A DNA stretch of 64,000 bases from Dimorphilus gyrociliatus (Eukaryota; Animalia; Annelida), in NCBI GenBank assembly GCA_904063045.1, contig CAJFCJ010000013.1:186001-250000 (forward strand), in the 5' to 3' direction. Both the position numbers and the translations under genes were made by a program. The notes beneath the pieces were generated by a model. It ran no database searches. It saw only the letters and a list, made by a program, of their open reading frames with translations, and had not been told where the DNA came from. Below, piece by piece: positions 24,161-37,744 of this stretch. Numbering within the stretch: the stretch's first letter is position 1; every line of letters begins with the position of its first letter.

Positions 24161-27100
24161 TTACGCATCATCAGAATCAAACAATTTTTTACCAAGCACA
24201 CGGTTAAGAGTGAGTCTACTTTGAAATATATCTGGGTTATATGGTCTGAACTTTCCAGCTCTCGACTCGTCTACAGCTAAAGCGAAGTCTGCAGAACCAA
24301 CAACAGGTACTACTGAATCTACACTACGACGTTTCTTCACCTCACGAATACGATTATCTTCTCTTATATCGGATAAGTTGTGCAACGTAGTCCTATTGGC
24401 CTCCGAGAGTGCGTCCCTATCGCTGAGTAGTTGTTTATTGCGACGTTCGCTGTTTCTTAACATCTATTGAAACGAACATGAATAAATGATTTCACCCAAT
24501 CTTCCTTTGCTTAAAACACCATTTCTTTCGTAACAATTATATTAGAAAAAAAAAAAAATGTTTTCTTCTTCTCATTACCTCTTCCAATTCCAGAATACGG
24601 TCTTCTTTCAATTCGATCTACAAAGAATAAAAACAATAGCGATATAAGATCATCTATTATATTCTGTTATTATATTATATACAATATTGTTTCACTTACC
24701 GTTTGCTCTTGCATTGCGTTAGATGATTTCAGACTGTCGATTTTTTGATTTTTCTCTTCGATAATCGCCGCCTCTCTTTGGACACGATTAGCCATCTGTT
24801 TAACATGTATTTTAATTATCCACTATTAAACAACTCTCATGAAGCTAATTAAAAAAAAAATAATTTACCTCCTCAAATAGAAACTTCGAATCTGCCTTGG
24901 AATCTTCCAGCTGATTCACCAATCTCTCTACGGTTTCCTTAAAAGTCTTAATTAAAAAACAGATCATTAAAATCACACTCTAAGAAGATATCAAGACTCT
25001 TTAACGTTTCTTTCCTCATTTTATTTTCCTTTTTTTATTATCCTACTCTATTTTATGTACCTTAGTTTCCTTTTCAAAATTATCCAACTTCTCCTGTAAA
25101 TGCGAATTCTCATCGATTAAGCAAGATTTCTCATCATCAGCAACACTCAATTGTTTCTAATTAAAAGAGAAAAAAATAGAATAATTATGATAAATAGAAA
25201 AGTTGAAAGATTTAGGAGGAGGAGGGAAAAAAAAAAGGGACAGGGAGAGGGATAAAAGAAACTTCTTTAAAAGTCTCCTAAGCAATAAGAACCTTTGTGA
25301 TTTCAATGTCATTGTGCATTTCCTCCAGAGATAATTTCAAATCGGAAATTTTATTCTCGTATTCCCAGCATAAATCCTCCTTTTTCTTCAATTCTTCGTA
25401 CAAGCGTTCCCTCTCCTTCTCAAGATTCGTAACCTGAGACTTTACATCAGTAAGTTGCGCCTGCTATTGACAAATAAACAAATATAATTTCTAAAAATAC
25501 AATAAAAATTTTTACCAATAAATCCCCATTTCCCATATACATATTTTTCATATTTTCGTAATCCTTTCTTTGTTGATCCAATTTTCCAACAACCTCCTAA
25601 TTCCATCAAATAATAAAATTATTGAATAAGCCTACTTATGAAAAAAAAAAATGTATAATATTCATTCGTATACCATATGATTTCGCTTAAGTTTATCGCA
25701 TTCAACAAATGCTTCTTCCTTTAAACGAGTCTCTTCTATAATATTATTTCTAAGTTCTTTCACTTCAATCTGTTTAAGAAATGAAAAGAGTTTTACAAAT
25801 AAAAAGTAAAAATTGAAAAATATATAATTACCATTTGATTGTCGATTTTCTCGTCTAATGAATTAATTTCTCCTAATAGTTCATTATTTTTGTTTGTAAA
25901 CTGACAAAGTGAAAAGAGAAAATAGATAATAATAAAAAAAAAAAGGAAAAAAAGATTCAATCTCTTTGCATTTTACAAAGTAGAATGAATAAAATAATAT
26001 TGATCGAAATAAAAACCTTTTCGATAACAGAATTCTTCTCTTGTTCCAAAGAATTGAAATGATTCTGAAGTTCCGTAAGAGTTTTTCGACAGTCTATCAA
26101 TTATAAGAAATAAATTGTCAATAAGAAAATAAAAACTAAACGATAGTCTATTAAAAATTTTAGTAAGGAACCTTTTTCTATATTCTCTAAACTAGACTTT
26201 TCTTCTTCAATTTTTTTGATTTTAGTTTCGTAATTCTTGTTGAAAATTGGAAAAAAATATTAATAGGCTGTTTTTATATATATATATATATATATGCTTT
26301 TCAATTACGAAATTGAAAACTCACAGAACGATCCGTTTGGAATAGCTTTCGTTCGGCTTCAAGATTATCTTCAAGTTCTACGTTTTTAAGCATGAGCTGT
26401 TGTAGTTGTTCGTGTAATTCATCGATAGTTTTCTGCCATGTGACTAAATCGTTGGCGATTTCTAATTCTTCGTCAAAGCACGAAGGGCTAGAGCCCAAAT
26501 TTACTTTCGTAATACGATATGGACTATTCGGTCCGAATGAATGTACATATTTCCTATGAACATCAGTACTTTTACGTAATATGCCCGACATCATATCACG
26601 ATGCTGCGTTAGCTTTTCAATAATTTTGTTTTTTTCATCAATTTTTGCAGAATACTCTCCAACGGTTTGAGCTAATAGGTTTTCAGCCTAATTACAAGAA
26701 ACGATATGACAAATATTATTACTTAATTAAATGGAAATCAGTAATGTAATTTTCTTTTTTTTTTTGATTTTATAACTTACGTTCGTCTTCAACTCTTCGT
26801 AATCATTTAGTATACTTTGCGGTATATCGAGAGCTGTACGTAAATTTGGTTTTAAGTAATGGCTTTTTTTTCCTTTTTTGTTTTTTAATACAGTAAAGTT
26901 ACGAAAAAGAATATCAGTAATAAAATACTGATATACAAATATTTCTCAAATAGACTTACACTCAAACTCTCCATAGTATTTCTTCAATTCTTGGAAATCC
27001 GCTTCATCTCTTGCCTCACGATACGGATCTATGGCTTTGAAACGATTTAATTCAGCGTTCACTCTAAATATATTGAATAAAATTGAATATATATATAATA

Positions 27101-29584
27101 AAAAAATAAATAAATAATGATATTTCTACTAACTCTTCAATTCTTAATCTTAATTTACGTATAACATCGTCATTCTTTCGCATTTTCAACATTAATTGAA
27201 GTCTTGTACTTTCATGTTTTTCGTTTGAATCATTTTTCTTATTTTCAATTTGATCTTGTAAATCATCAAACGACTTTTTTAAATCGTCGTTATTCAATTT
27301 ATGCATTTGATTTAGTTCATCTAACACCTTTTTGATTAGAAAAAATAGATAAGTAATTAATATTAGGCACTTCAATAGTATAATAAATATTATTTATATT
27401 AGTAACCTGAATATATTGATGAGATTGCTTCAATAACCTCATGGCACGAAGAAATTTCTCTGTATCGTCATTGTGTAATGAAGACGTATTATACTTATTA
27501 TCTTGCACTTCAGCTGCAGCTTCTATGTTAGCTGTTACGAATATTAAAACTGTTAATAGATTGATCTTACGTATATAGGGTATATATATATATATTTTAT
27601 ATATATATATATTCTAATATATTTATATGTATATGTATTTAACCATTTTTTAATTTAGCTTCCAATTGTTTGATTTTGGCTTTTGATTCCAAAAGTAAAT
27701 ATTGCAATTTAGCAGCGTCCAAACTTTCAGATTCATTTTTTTCGGCCTATAATCGAAAACAGTATTAGAAAAACAATATAAAATATATTGAGTCTTAATT
27801 TGGGGATGATGATTAAAAAACAAAATTAACCCTATTCTTAATGGTGGAACATTTTGCAGCAAAATCCAATGTATTCTTATTATCACTGTTATGTCTGTAG
27901 AGTAATTATTATTATGTAAGGCCGTACAAATATCAAAAGATACGATAACCTTTGATCCTGATGAATACAAGCGATTACTCCAGCTTTCGCATTACCTCCA
28001 AAGGCGTCCTAGACAAAAACATATTCAAATAGAAAAACTCTATATATTTAGTATATTATTAATTACCTTTAATAAATAGGTCAATTTATTAGAGCGAAAA
28101 CTAGGTATACGACCAAAGTTGATTTCGTTTATAGCTGCTTGGAGCATGGTGAGAGATGTATTAATATCAATACCTTCCTACAATGAAAATAATTATAAAA
28201 AGCGAAACGGAGGAATTTATAAAACTAATTTACTTTCATTCTAGTTCCAGTTGCACCGGTTTGACTTATTCTCTCCGATCCGGCTAAATCGACGAGATGA
28301 AATCTTGATAAAGATTTCTTATTACCCTTCTCTGTAGTTTCCTGTAAGAGAGCATTCATTTTTTACTCGATTAATAACTTTCACCCCCAACTCCTCCTCC
28401 TTCTCTTTAATCTTAATCGTTTTTCCTATTACCTCAATCGAAAGATACATGGTAAATATCGCGTGAGATCGCGAACTCGTCGCATTCATATTTGTTTCAC
28501 CCATATTTCTCTTGGATAAACCCATAAGCAGTGGCTGTTTATAACATATATAAAAGATTTTAGACAAACTACAATGTTTATATATATATATATTCAAATA
28601 GGTAACCATTTCAGCATCCTCTTCGGATCTTATATCAATCTTTCTTGCTCCCACAATATTAACCCCAGTTTTTTCCTGTCTAAGTTCAATTTTATTGTAG
28701 ACCTTAGCATCCACCAATAAATCATAAATATTTTCCTAAACGAAAATAGATTAATACTATTTTTAGAATATTCACAAAGATAATTTAGCTAGGAGAATTT
28801 ACTTTATATATTTCAACAAACGAGATGCTTAATTGAACTTTTCTGGAGGCGCTATTCGCTGGCATATTTCGGCATATATAGCGCACTGTTCGTGGAATAA
28901 TTCCTGCCAGAGAAAAATCTTGATAGAAAGTCTGGTTGGCATCGCCAAGCATTGTAAAGGTTTTTCCACTTCCAGTTTTTCCGTAGGCGAATATTGCCGA
29001 ATTGTATCCCTCCAGGAAGTTATTAGCAAAGTTTTCAGACGAGTACTTGAAAATCTCTTCCTACAATTGTAATTATATAGTTAATATCATATTAATTCTC
29101 TTTCTATCAATTTTGAATGCCCTAAATAAATAGCTTCACTTATCACTTACTTGTGATGCATTACTCGTGAAAATTTTACTGAACGTGTAAGCTTTTCCAT
29201 CATAAACAATACAGTTACCATGAACCTTTAAAGAAAAAAATTCCTCATGATTTTTCAATATCTTTTAACAAATGGCGACATCTAGCGTTTATCAACAATT
29301 CGAAAACGGTTTTATCTTCAGGACCATACTTACATTAATAACAGCATTCCGACGAGCAGCTTCGTCAACAGGTTTAATTCGAATAAAGGTTTTGAAAGAA
29401 TCTATATGAAAAATTGTGAACAACAAAAAAAATAAATGTTACACATTTGCAAAGTTGTCATAAAATAAGCAAAAAAAGTAGTTGAAAATTTTGAAAAATG
29501 CATAAAAAAGCGTCATGCACGCAAAAAACTATTCGAAGAATATGCATTGCATTTATTTGAGCAAAAATACAAACTTGATTCCAT
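24161..29584 (-). CDS. KIF15: Kinesin with N-terminal motor and long coiled-coil tail, KIF15/kinesin-12-like, many exons
   Basis: P-loop YGKTGSGKT, switch I NATSSRSHAIF and switch II DLAGSER are present. GGNAKAGVIACIH...TLDFAAKCSTIKN resembles KIF15. Coiled-coil exons continue to the stop at 24161. The subfamily call is tentative. Confidence 0.7.
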
Positions 29585-30162
29585 GATAAAGCAAGAAAAA
29601 TATTCTTGAAACAAATAACTCTTTAAAATCAGCCGGCCGATAAAATGGCGACGATTTAGGCGGCAAATGCTCGCGTTAAATTATGTCTAAAAAATTATTT
29701 TTCAAGTTTGAAAAAATTTAAATTAACTTGACAGTAAACTAATTAAAAGATAAAATTATTTTTAAATAAATGAGAAAAAATTTACTTAAAATGATCTAGT
29801 TAAAGTTCCCAAAAAAAAAGTCATACTGTTGAAAGCAGCGGCACTTCGTCATTAGTATTCATGGTCCAAATCCAAAAACAAAATTAATAAAAAAAGGTAA
29901 GTCAGTTTAATCGCCAAAAAAGATGAATTTTTTTATTTTTATCAATTAAGGAAAGGTTTTTAGTGAAGAACAAAGACCTCTTTAAGGTTTTTAAACTATT
30001 TAAGATCAAATTTGTCTGTTTTTTTCATCTTTGGTTAAAAGTGTTTTTAACTTTCGCTGAGTCATAAGACTAGAATTAAATACACCAATTCTTATTTATA
30101 TATTTATATATATGATTATACTGTATTTATCATTTTAATAACAAATATGCTTTATTCTAGAT

Positions 30163-31596
30163 ATGGAGAGTTTTCATACCATTCTAAGTATTGTAAGACA
30201 ACATAGTGGCAACGTCACTCTGCTGAAGCTGCTAAGTGTTCATCTGGCCACAGTGATGATATCAATTGCGTTGTCTCCTGAAAAGCTCCTTTTGAATCTA
30301 CGTAATCCAAATCTTATATATAACTCGTTTTGGAGTTGGACTGGATCATTGTGCGGGTATTTATTGTCAACTACCGTGCTTCAATTCACTGGACATAGAC
30401 CTCTTGTATTTGTTCTAATGGCTGCTAGTTCACTCTACGTTCTTACACCTGGTCTACTTCTATTTCGAATAGCGACATCATTTCTATTTGGTCTTGGAGT
30501 TCCTGCCATATATTCACTGGCCTTACACTTAATTAAACCTGCTGCTATGATGTATGGACGTGAAGACTTTAGCCATAGAATCGTATGCTCTATTACTGGC
30601 TGCTTTTTTTTCGGGCATACACTGCTAAATATACTAAGACTAGTTTCTGCCTATCAGGAACCGACCACACGAAGCTACCAGATTGAAGACTGTGTGTTGG
30701 GTCTTACATCAGGACATCCATGGTTTAATTACAATTTTCCCCCAAGCCTTATCAACCCAGTCAAAATGGAAACCGTTATATTAGTTGTCACAATTGCTTC
30801 CATAATTGCTCTTTTGAAATATGCCTGTGATAGCCACGATCATAGTTTCGATACTTCTAGCGGGAAGGCAGTTGCCGAAAAAATATTAATGGGTGCTGCA
30901 GCGCCATACATTATGTTCAATTATATTTTGTCTGGTCCTTTGATTGCTTACTGTGGAATTCAATCTACCATTTCATTCTTTGGCTTATCCAGCGACTATC
31001 TAGCCGATCGTACGCCAGAAGAACTGATATGGTTTCAACTTGTTCGTTCATTCGCAGCCTCAGTCTCCTGTTTAGTATTCGCTCTCATTCCAAAGTTTGT
31101 GTCATCATCCACGAGCATGTTTATTTGTCTAGTTACATACATTGTATCGTTCTATTACGATGTATCATTCCCTAAACATCACAATTATGAATTGGTCCTT
31201 ATGTTTGCGATTTATGGTTTTGCTTTTGGTGGATCATTCGTCAACTTGATGGTAGACGGATGTAAGAGATACCCAGGCCATTGGTGTGCCATAGTTGGCT
31301 TTCATTTTTTGTGCTTTGCAATCGGTCAAGGTGTTGGTACATTTATTACAGTGAGGGTATGCGCCTACTACACGCACGTCCCATGCTGGATAATATTTAT
31401 CCTCAGTCTAGTTGCTTATATTGAGGGAAGACTTCATTACAATTATTTTTTTAAGAAACGATTTGAAAAGGGTCTCTTAACACCCTTTCACATCGTAACC
31501 AACGGTATCTTTAGATTGCCTGAGGATCCACCGTCACCACCCAAATATGAAGATATCTGTCAAAACGACGTCGAAGAGGATGAAAGTTCCTTGTGA
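30163..31596 (+). CDS. Intronless multi-pass membrane protein, divergent MFS/UNC-93-like
   Basis: 477-aa ORF with about 10-12 hydrophobic segments in two bundles, a luminal loop Cys and a cytosolic tail containing PPKY. The family call comes from topology only. Confidence 0.6.
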   Translation: MESFHTILSIVRQHSGNVTLLKLLSVHLATVMISIALSPEKLLLNLRNPNLIYNSFWSWTGSLCGYLLSTTVLQFTGHRPLVFVLMAASSLYVLTPGLLLFRIATSFLFGLGVPAIYSLALHLIKPAAMMYGREDFSHRIVCSITGCFFFGHTLLNILRLVSAYQEPTTRSYQIEDCVLGLTSGHPWFNYNFPPSLINPVKMETVILVVTIASIIALLKYACDSHDHSFDTSSGKAVAEKILMGAAAPYIMFNYILSGPLIAYCGIQSTISFFGLSSDYLADRTPEELIWFQLVRSFAASVSCLVFALIPKFVSSSTSMFICLVTYIVSFYYDVSFPKHHNYELVLMFAIYGFAFGGSFVNLMVDGCKRYPGHWCAIVGFHFLCFAIGQGVGTFITVRVCAYYTHVPCWIIFILSLVAYIEGRLHYNYFFKKRFEKGLLTPFHIVTNGIFRLPEDPPSPPKYEDICQNDVEEDESSL

Positions 31597-32510
31597 TTAA
31601 TAACCAAATTTGTGCTATTTATTTAAATATTTATGTTCACTTGAAACATTTAAAATTATCAATGTAATGTGTTTTTTTTCACTTGTTTCCTTTTCATTCT
31701 AGTCATAAAAAGAATAAAAAAAGTCATTTATATTTATAAAAAAGCAATCTTGGAATTTTATAATATCTTTTCATTCTTTTCTTTCTAGTTAAACTTTTTG
31801 AAAAAACAAGCCTATTTGATTAATATGCATTTTTTTCGGTTATAACTGCTCTAATTCTTAATGAGAGCTTCTGTACTGACTATTGAATTAAGATGGTTTA
31901 ACCTCTTTAATCGAGAGACAATTAATTGACAGTTTTTTCCCCATTGAGTTCTTTTTAGAGCTTGTTCAAGCAATTATTTTCGCTCAAAGGACGTTTTAAT
32001 CGGTTTATTTTTCGGGAAAACCAATAGACAAGCAATGATCGATGCAAATAAAAGTTCATGTACGTGACTGTTATTGATAAAGAACTCTAATTGAGCATGT
32101 GTTTTTGGAGTTTAAACTAATCAAGCTGTGCTGATGACTTTTTTACAGACCTGAATAATTGACGAAAGTTATTCGAGAGATTCGCACATTATTTATCAAT
32201 ATTAAAAAGGCTGGCGCCAAGGAAGTGCATATTCACTTCCGCTAAGTTGAAAATAAATACCAGTTTTTTCTGGCTGAATATTTTTATAAGAAAACAAACA
32301 ACCCCCTTTTATCAATCATCCCGATAGAATTATTCGGTTTAGATCTGCTGTAGCAAATTGTTAAGAGGTAATTATTTCGTAACATAAATAATTTTTATTA
32401 TTACGTAATTTTGGCGGAGAATTGCAACAAGTTACGTATTCTATTAATTTTACGAACGTTTGCAGTTATTTTTCAAAATAGATTATAAGTTTAACCGATC
32501 ATTGCAGATT

Positions 32511-35500
32511 ATGGCTGATTTTGACTGGGGATTTGGCGGAGATGAGGATGACTTTGATGAAGAAGGAGGAGATTTTCGTGTAAGACTTTATCTAACGATG
32601 TAGATGATGTTTTTAATACATTTACATTTTCAGGCGCAACCGGTTCAAAGAGATGGTTTAATTTTGTTGATTGATTGCTCTAAGGCTATGTTTACAGTCA
32701 GGGATGAAGGTTCTTTTTTCAGTCAGGCGATAAATGTTAGTAAATTAGTTACAGAAATAGTTAATTGATTTTAATGAGAATACAAAAACAAAAAATCTAT
32801 TTCAGTGCGCTGTCGGAGCAGCAAGGAACAAAATTGTTAGTAATGATAGAGATATGTTTGGAGTTGTTTTCTATTCAACTGTAAGTCAACAAAAAATTTT
32901 AAATAATGAAATTTTATAATCTCTTTGTATTTAATTTCGCAGAAAGAAACAAAGAATCCCAACGATTTTAAGAATATTTCTGTTGTCAAGAATTTGGAAC
33001 AACCTGGAGCTGATACTGTATCAGATTTAGAAAAGTTTATCGAAGGTAAATTAATAATGTTCTGTTTCTCATTATGCTTCTTGTAAACGCCATTCATTTA
33101 TTATTTATTTATTTACTTATTTAATCATTCATTCATTCATTCATTCGTTCATTCATTTATTCATTCATTTATTTATTTATTCATTCATTTTTTCCTAGAT
33201 GAGGATTATGAAGAATTCAAAGACAATTATGGAAGTTCCGATACTTATCAACTGAGCGATGCTTTTTGGACTTGCTCCAATTTGTTCTCGAATTGGTATT
33301 TTCATAGTAAAATGCTATATATTATATTTTAACTTGTGATCTTATTACAGTTCTACCAAATTGGGTCAGAGACGTATACTCTTATTCACAAGTGATGATG
33401 ATCCATCAAAGGGAAACAAACATTTTAAAGTTAGAAAAAAGAAACTATTAAAGGAACTTATTGAATTCTTAAATTATTAATCTATATTGATTTCAGAATT
33501 CGGCAGCTGCAAAAGCTGGTGATATGAGCGAAAACAAAATAGATATAATGCTTATTCCGATGATAACGTCTACAACTCCTTTTGATGAAAAAAAATTCTG
33601 GAAGGTTTGTTCTTTGTTTTATCAAATTTATCTTATTAATTTCTTTTTTGCAACAGGATGTCTTAGTTAATTTGACGGATGATAGTGAAGAATTTATAGC
33701 AAACGCAGCCCAAACGAGACGTGAATTAGAGAATGTGTAAGTACTAAGATGGAGACAATAATTATTTAGAAATAAGATAACTTATTCTTCTCTTTATAAA
33801 GGATTCGATCAAAAGCTCACAAGCAAAGGGCACAAACAAAACTATCCTTAAATCTTGGCGGAGACGTCGAATTATCAGTTGGAGTGTTAGTCTTATCTAT
33901 TGATTTCACTTTAGCAAGTTATTTCAAATAATTTTGTCTATTTACACAAAATTAGGTATAATCTCATTCGAACTTGTACGAAGCCATCTGCTATTAAATT
34001 ATACAATAAAACGAATGAGGAATTGAAAACAACTAGAAAGGCGTTCCTCGAGGAAACTGGCGAAGTGCTATTGCCTCAGGATATGAAGAAAAGTTTGAAG
34101 TTTGCCGATCGTCAAATTTGCTTCGAACCCGAAGAGATAAATGAAATGAAAAGGTACGGCGACGTTGGAATGTTTCTGCTTGGCTTTAAACCGATGAAAT
34201 ATTTAAAGAAAGATTATCATGTAAGACCAGCTCAGTTTATTTATCCAGATGAAGGAGGCACTTCAGGAAGTACAAACCTATTCTCAGCCTTATTAAGAAG
34301 GTGTTTGAAGAGAAATGTATTCGCCTTATGCCGATTTACAGCCCGCAAAAATGCATTCCCAAGATTTGTAGCCCTTGTACCTCAGGTATAAACTGTATTT
34401 TGTTTTTTATACCTTCCCAAAATTTAGGATTAGGATATATTTTTGGTCGTCGTTTGTTTGACGAAGAAATAGTCACGTAGACCATCCTTTTTAAACAGGA
34501 TAATCAAGCCTTTTAGTTTTTTTAAGTTTGGTAAAAAGCTAATGCTCAACAACTTCCACGTAACTATTTGTTGTTTTCGTGTCCTCAAATTCTTAAGGTT
34601 GTTGATTGTCTCTTTAAAAGATGCAAAAAACTTTTAGACAAAACTCACCCCGTTTTGAGGTGAGAGGGACACCTCAAAAAATAGCTTAATAATGCTCAAA
34701 AACAAGTTGATTCTCCTCACCCATAAAAAATTTGGTACTCAACTCAAAAAACAACTCTTGTTTTTTTATGGTGTTTAAATTTAGAATTTTCGAAGTTTGA
34801 ATTTTCTTTTTTTTTATTTTTTTTTATAAAAAAAAAATTAAAAAAATATTCAAAATAGAAAATATATGTTCTTTTTTCTCTTATTAATTTATATAAAATT
34901 TCTGTATGATTTTGTTTAATGGAATCTATATAATGGATTTTATAGGAAGAAGAACGCGACGAACAAGGCGTTCAACAAGTTCCATCGGGCTTTCATGCTA
35001 TTTTCCTACCATTCTCCGATGATTTTCGAAAGATCAAAGCGGTCGAGGACCCAATAACGGGTATTTACCTTATTATACTATATGCATATTATTTCCCCTT
35101 AATATTTAAATAATTTTTCCTTTCCAACAGCCAACAGTGATCAAGTTGAAGCTGCAAAACAGCTAATTAGCTCTCTAAATATACCTTTTCAACTAGATAT
35201 GATTGAGAATCCTGCCCTACAAACCCATTTCGCTAATGTAGAAGCAATTGCCCTAGATCGTGACATGCCCGATAAAGTTACTGACCTTACAAGTATGTAT
35301 ATATACAGTATATATATATAAATATATATCGTGTATTATACGATTCGCTTGCATTCAATAATTAACGAGGATAATGAGAGAGAAAAGACACGTTTCTTGG
35401 AAAAATAGCTCTATTTTAATAATACATCTTTTCTTTTAAAAGAATAGGAATGTAATTTAACTAATAATGCAACAGTATAGCTCTATAGCATTTTGCGTTT

Positions 35501-36162
35501 TTATCCCAAGAGGATAATAAGAACTATAGCTATAAGTGTCCCTTTTGTCTATATGTTTGGTCAAATATATTCCTCTGTTTATTTCTTTCTTTTTTCTCTC
35601 TCTCTCTCTCTCTTTTCAGCGATATGATTTTATAATTGAACATTGATATATAGCTTTACAAAGGTATCACTTTTTAATCGTTCGGAATTACATATTTAAT
35701 AAGTATAATAATAAAGGATTGATCTGTTTATATAAACGACTATAATCGAATATAATCTTTTCGATATTTTCGAGTTATTGATATTTTTTACCTTGCTTTA
35801 TTTTTCTTTATATTATTAATTATGCTATATTTTAAATATTGCAAATGTAAAGACTAAACTATATAAAACTTTCACTTTTTATAGAACCAGATGTTGGAGC
35901 CATGATGAAAAGAGCATCAAAAGCTTTAAAGGAATTTGGCGATTTACTTTTTCCATCCGATTATACTCCGGGAGCTAGGAAGAGGGGTGGACCACCAGCT
36001 AAACGACCTAAAGTAGATCCAGAAGAAATGGCTCGGAATGGAGCTTTGGGTAAACTAACAGTAGCTATTCTAAAAGAAATTTGCGCCGAAGTGAATGTTA
36101 AGCCTAAAGGAACAAAGAAAGCTGATATTATTGACGCTTTAAACAAGCATTTCGGAGTTTAA
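32511..36162 (+). CDS. XRCC6: Ku70 (X-ray repair cross-complementing 6), multi-exon
   Basis: vWA start DGLILLIDCSKAMF, core LLGFKP...HVRPAQFIYPDE, PRFVALVPQ|EEERDEQGVQQVPSGFHAIFLPFSDDFR, and a C-terminal SAP domain LGKLTVAILKEIC...KKADII. Confidence 0.95.
33097..33190. repeat. (TTCA)n/(TTTA)n tetranucleotide repeat in a Ku70 intron
   Basis: Degenerate ATTC/ATTT array. Confidence 0.85.
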
Positions 36163-36259
36163 CGTGACTATAGAGGCAAATTATTTACAAGTTCTATCTA
36201 TTTTCTACCTAACAAAGCGTTAAACAGTAATAAATGTATTTAAAAAATGCTTTGGGAAA

Positions 36260-37744
36260 TCAACCCTCTTCTTCCTCGTCGTAATTTTCGAACGCATCAT
36301 CACAATCGTCGATTTTAGCATCTTGATATTGTTGGTACTCTGATATTAGATCTGTTATATTCGAATAGGCTTCGTCAAACTCCATTTCATCCATCCCTTC
36401 ACCTGTGTACCAATGAAGAAATGCCTTTCGATTGAACATTGTTTTGAATTGATCAGCTATTCTCCTGAACATTTCCTGTATGGCTGTACTATTGCCAATA
36501 AAGGTCACTGACATTTTTAGACCTTTTGGCGGTATGTCGCAAACTGCTGTTTTCACGTTGTTTGGTATCCATTCGACAAAATAGGGGCTATTTTTGTTTT
36601 GGATATTTAACATCTGTTCGTCGACCTCTTTTATCGATACTCTCCCACGGAACATGGCTGCAACTGTTAAATATTTACCATTTCGTGGGTCGCACGCGGC
36701 CATCATGTTCCTTCCGTCGAACATCTGTTGAGTAAGCTCTTGAACTGTCAGGGCGGTATAATGCTCCTTTCCTCTAGCGGTTAGGGGTGCAAAGCCAGTA
36801 ATAAAGAAGTGTAACCGAGGAAAAGGTACCATGTTCACTGCCAATTTTCTTAGGTCGGCATTCAGTTGGCCAGGGAATCTAAGACAAGTTGTTACACCCG
36901 ACATTGTAGATGATACGAGATGATTCAGATCGCCATAGGTGGGATTCTGAAGTTTTAAGGTTCTATTGCAAATATCGTATAGCGCCTCGTTATCTATGCA
37001 ATATGTTTCGTCGGTATTCTCTAACAATTGATGTATGGATAAAGTAGAATTGTATGCTTCGGTAACGGTATCCGAAACTTTTGGCGAAGGAAGAACTGAA
37101 AATGTATTCATTATTCTGTCGGGATACTCTTCCCTAACTTTTGAAATTAGAAGAGTCCCCAATCCGGATCCAGTTCCCCCTCCTAAAGATTGACAAAGTT
37201 GGAAGCCCTGTAAACAATCGCAGACTTCCGCCTCTTTTCGAACAGCATCCATAATAGGTTCGATCAGTTCGGCTCCCTCTGTATAATGACCCTTTGCCCA
37301 ATTGTTTCCAGCTCCACTTTGACCATTGATAAAGTTATCCGGTCGGAACAAACCACCGTATTTGCTGGATCTGATAACATTTAAAGTTCCCGGTTCTAAA
37401 TCAACCAGAATTGCTCTCGGTACATAAAGTCCACCTAAAATGTTTTGTAATGTCTTTATTATTTCGCTCTAATTTTTAATTAATAAGCTAAAGTAATAAT
37501 TACCCGAAACTTCATGATAGTAGACGTTTGTTCTCTCTAATTGATAATCGGATTGTCCACGAAACTTTCCATCCGCCTCTATACCGTGTTCTTCCGAAAT
37601 AACTTCCCAAAACTGAGGTAATAAAGACAATCGCTCGCTTTATTTAAACTATCGCCTTACACCTATTCGCTAATGTAAGAAGTTCACCTTAGATCCTATT
37701 TGATTACCGCATTGACCTGCTTGCAAATGAATAATCTCTCGCAT
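36260..37744 (-). CDS. TUBB: Beta-tubulin, divergent isotype, three exons
   Basis: [38 protein letters not shown] and [17 protein letters not shown] are present. The acidic tail ends EEEEG. Confidence 0.95.

Noticed and set aside
32221-32240. Inverted ETS-like cores (ggaagtg…cacttcc) upstream of Ku70, plus YY1-like ATGGCG motifs near several starts
   Set aside because: Short motifs cannot be supported without functional data.
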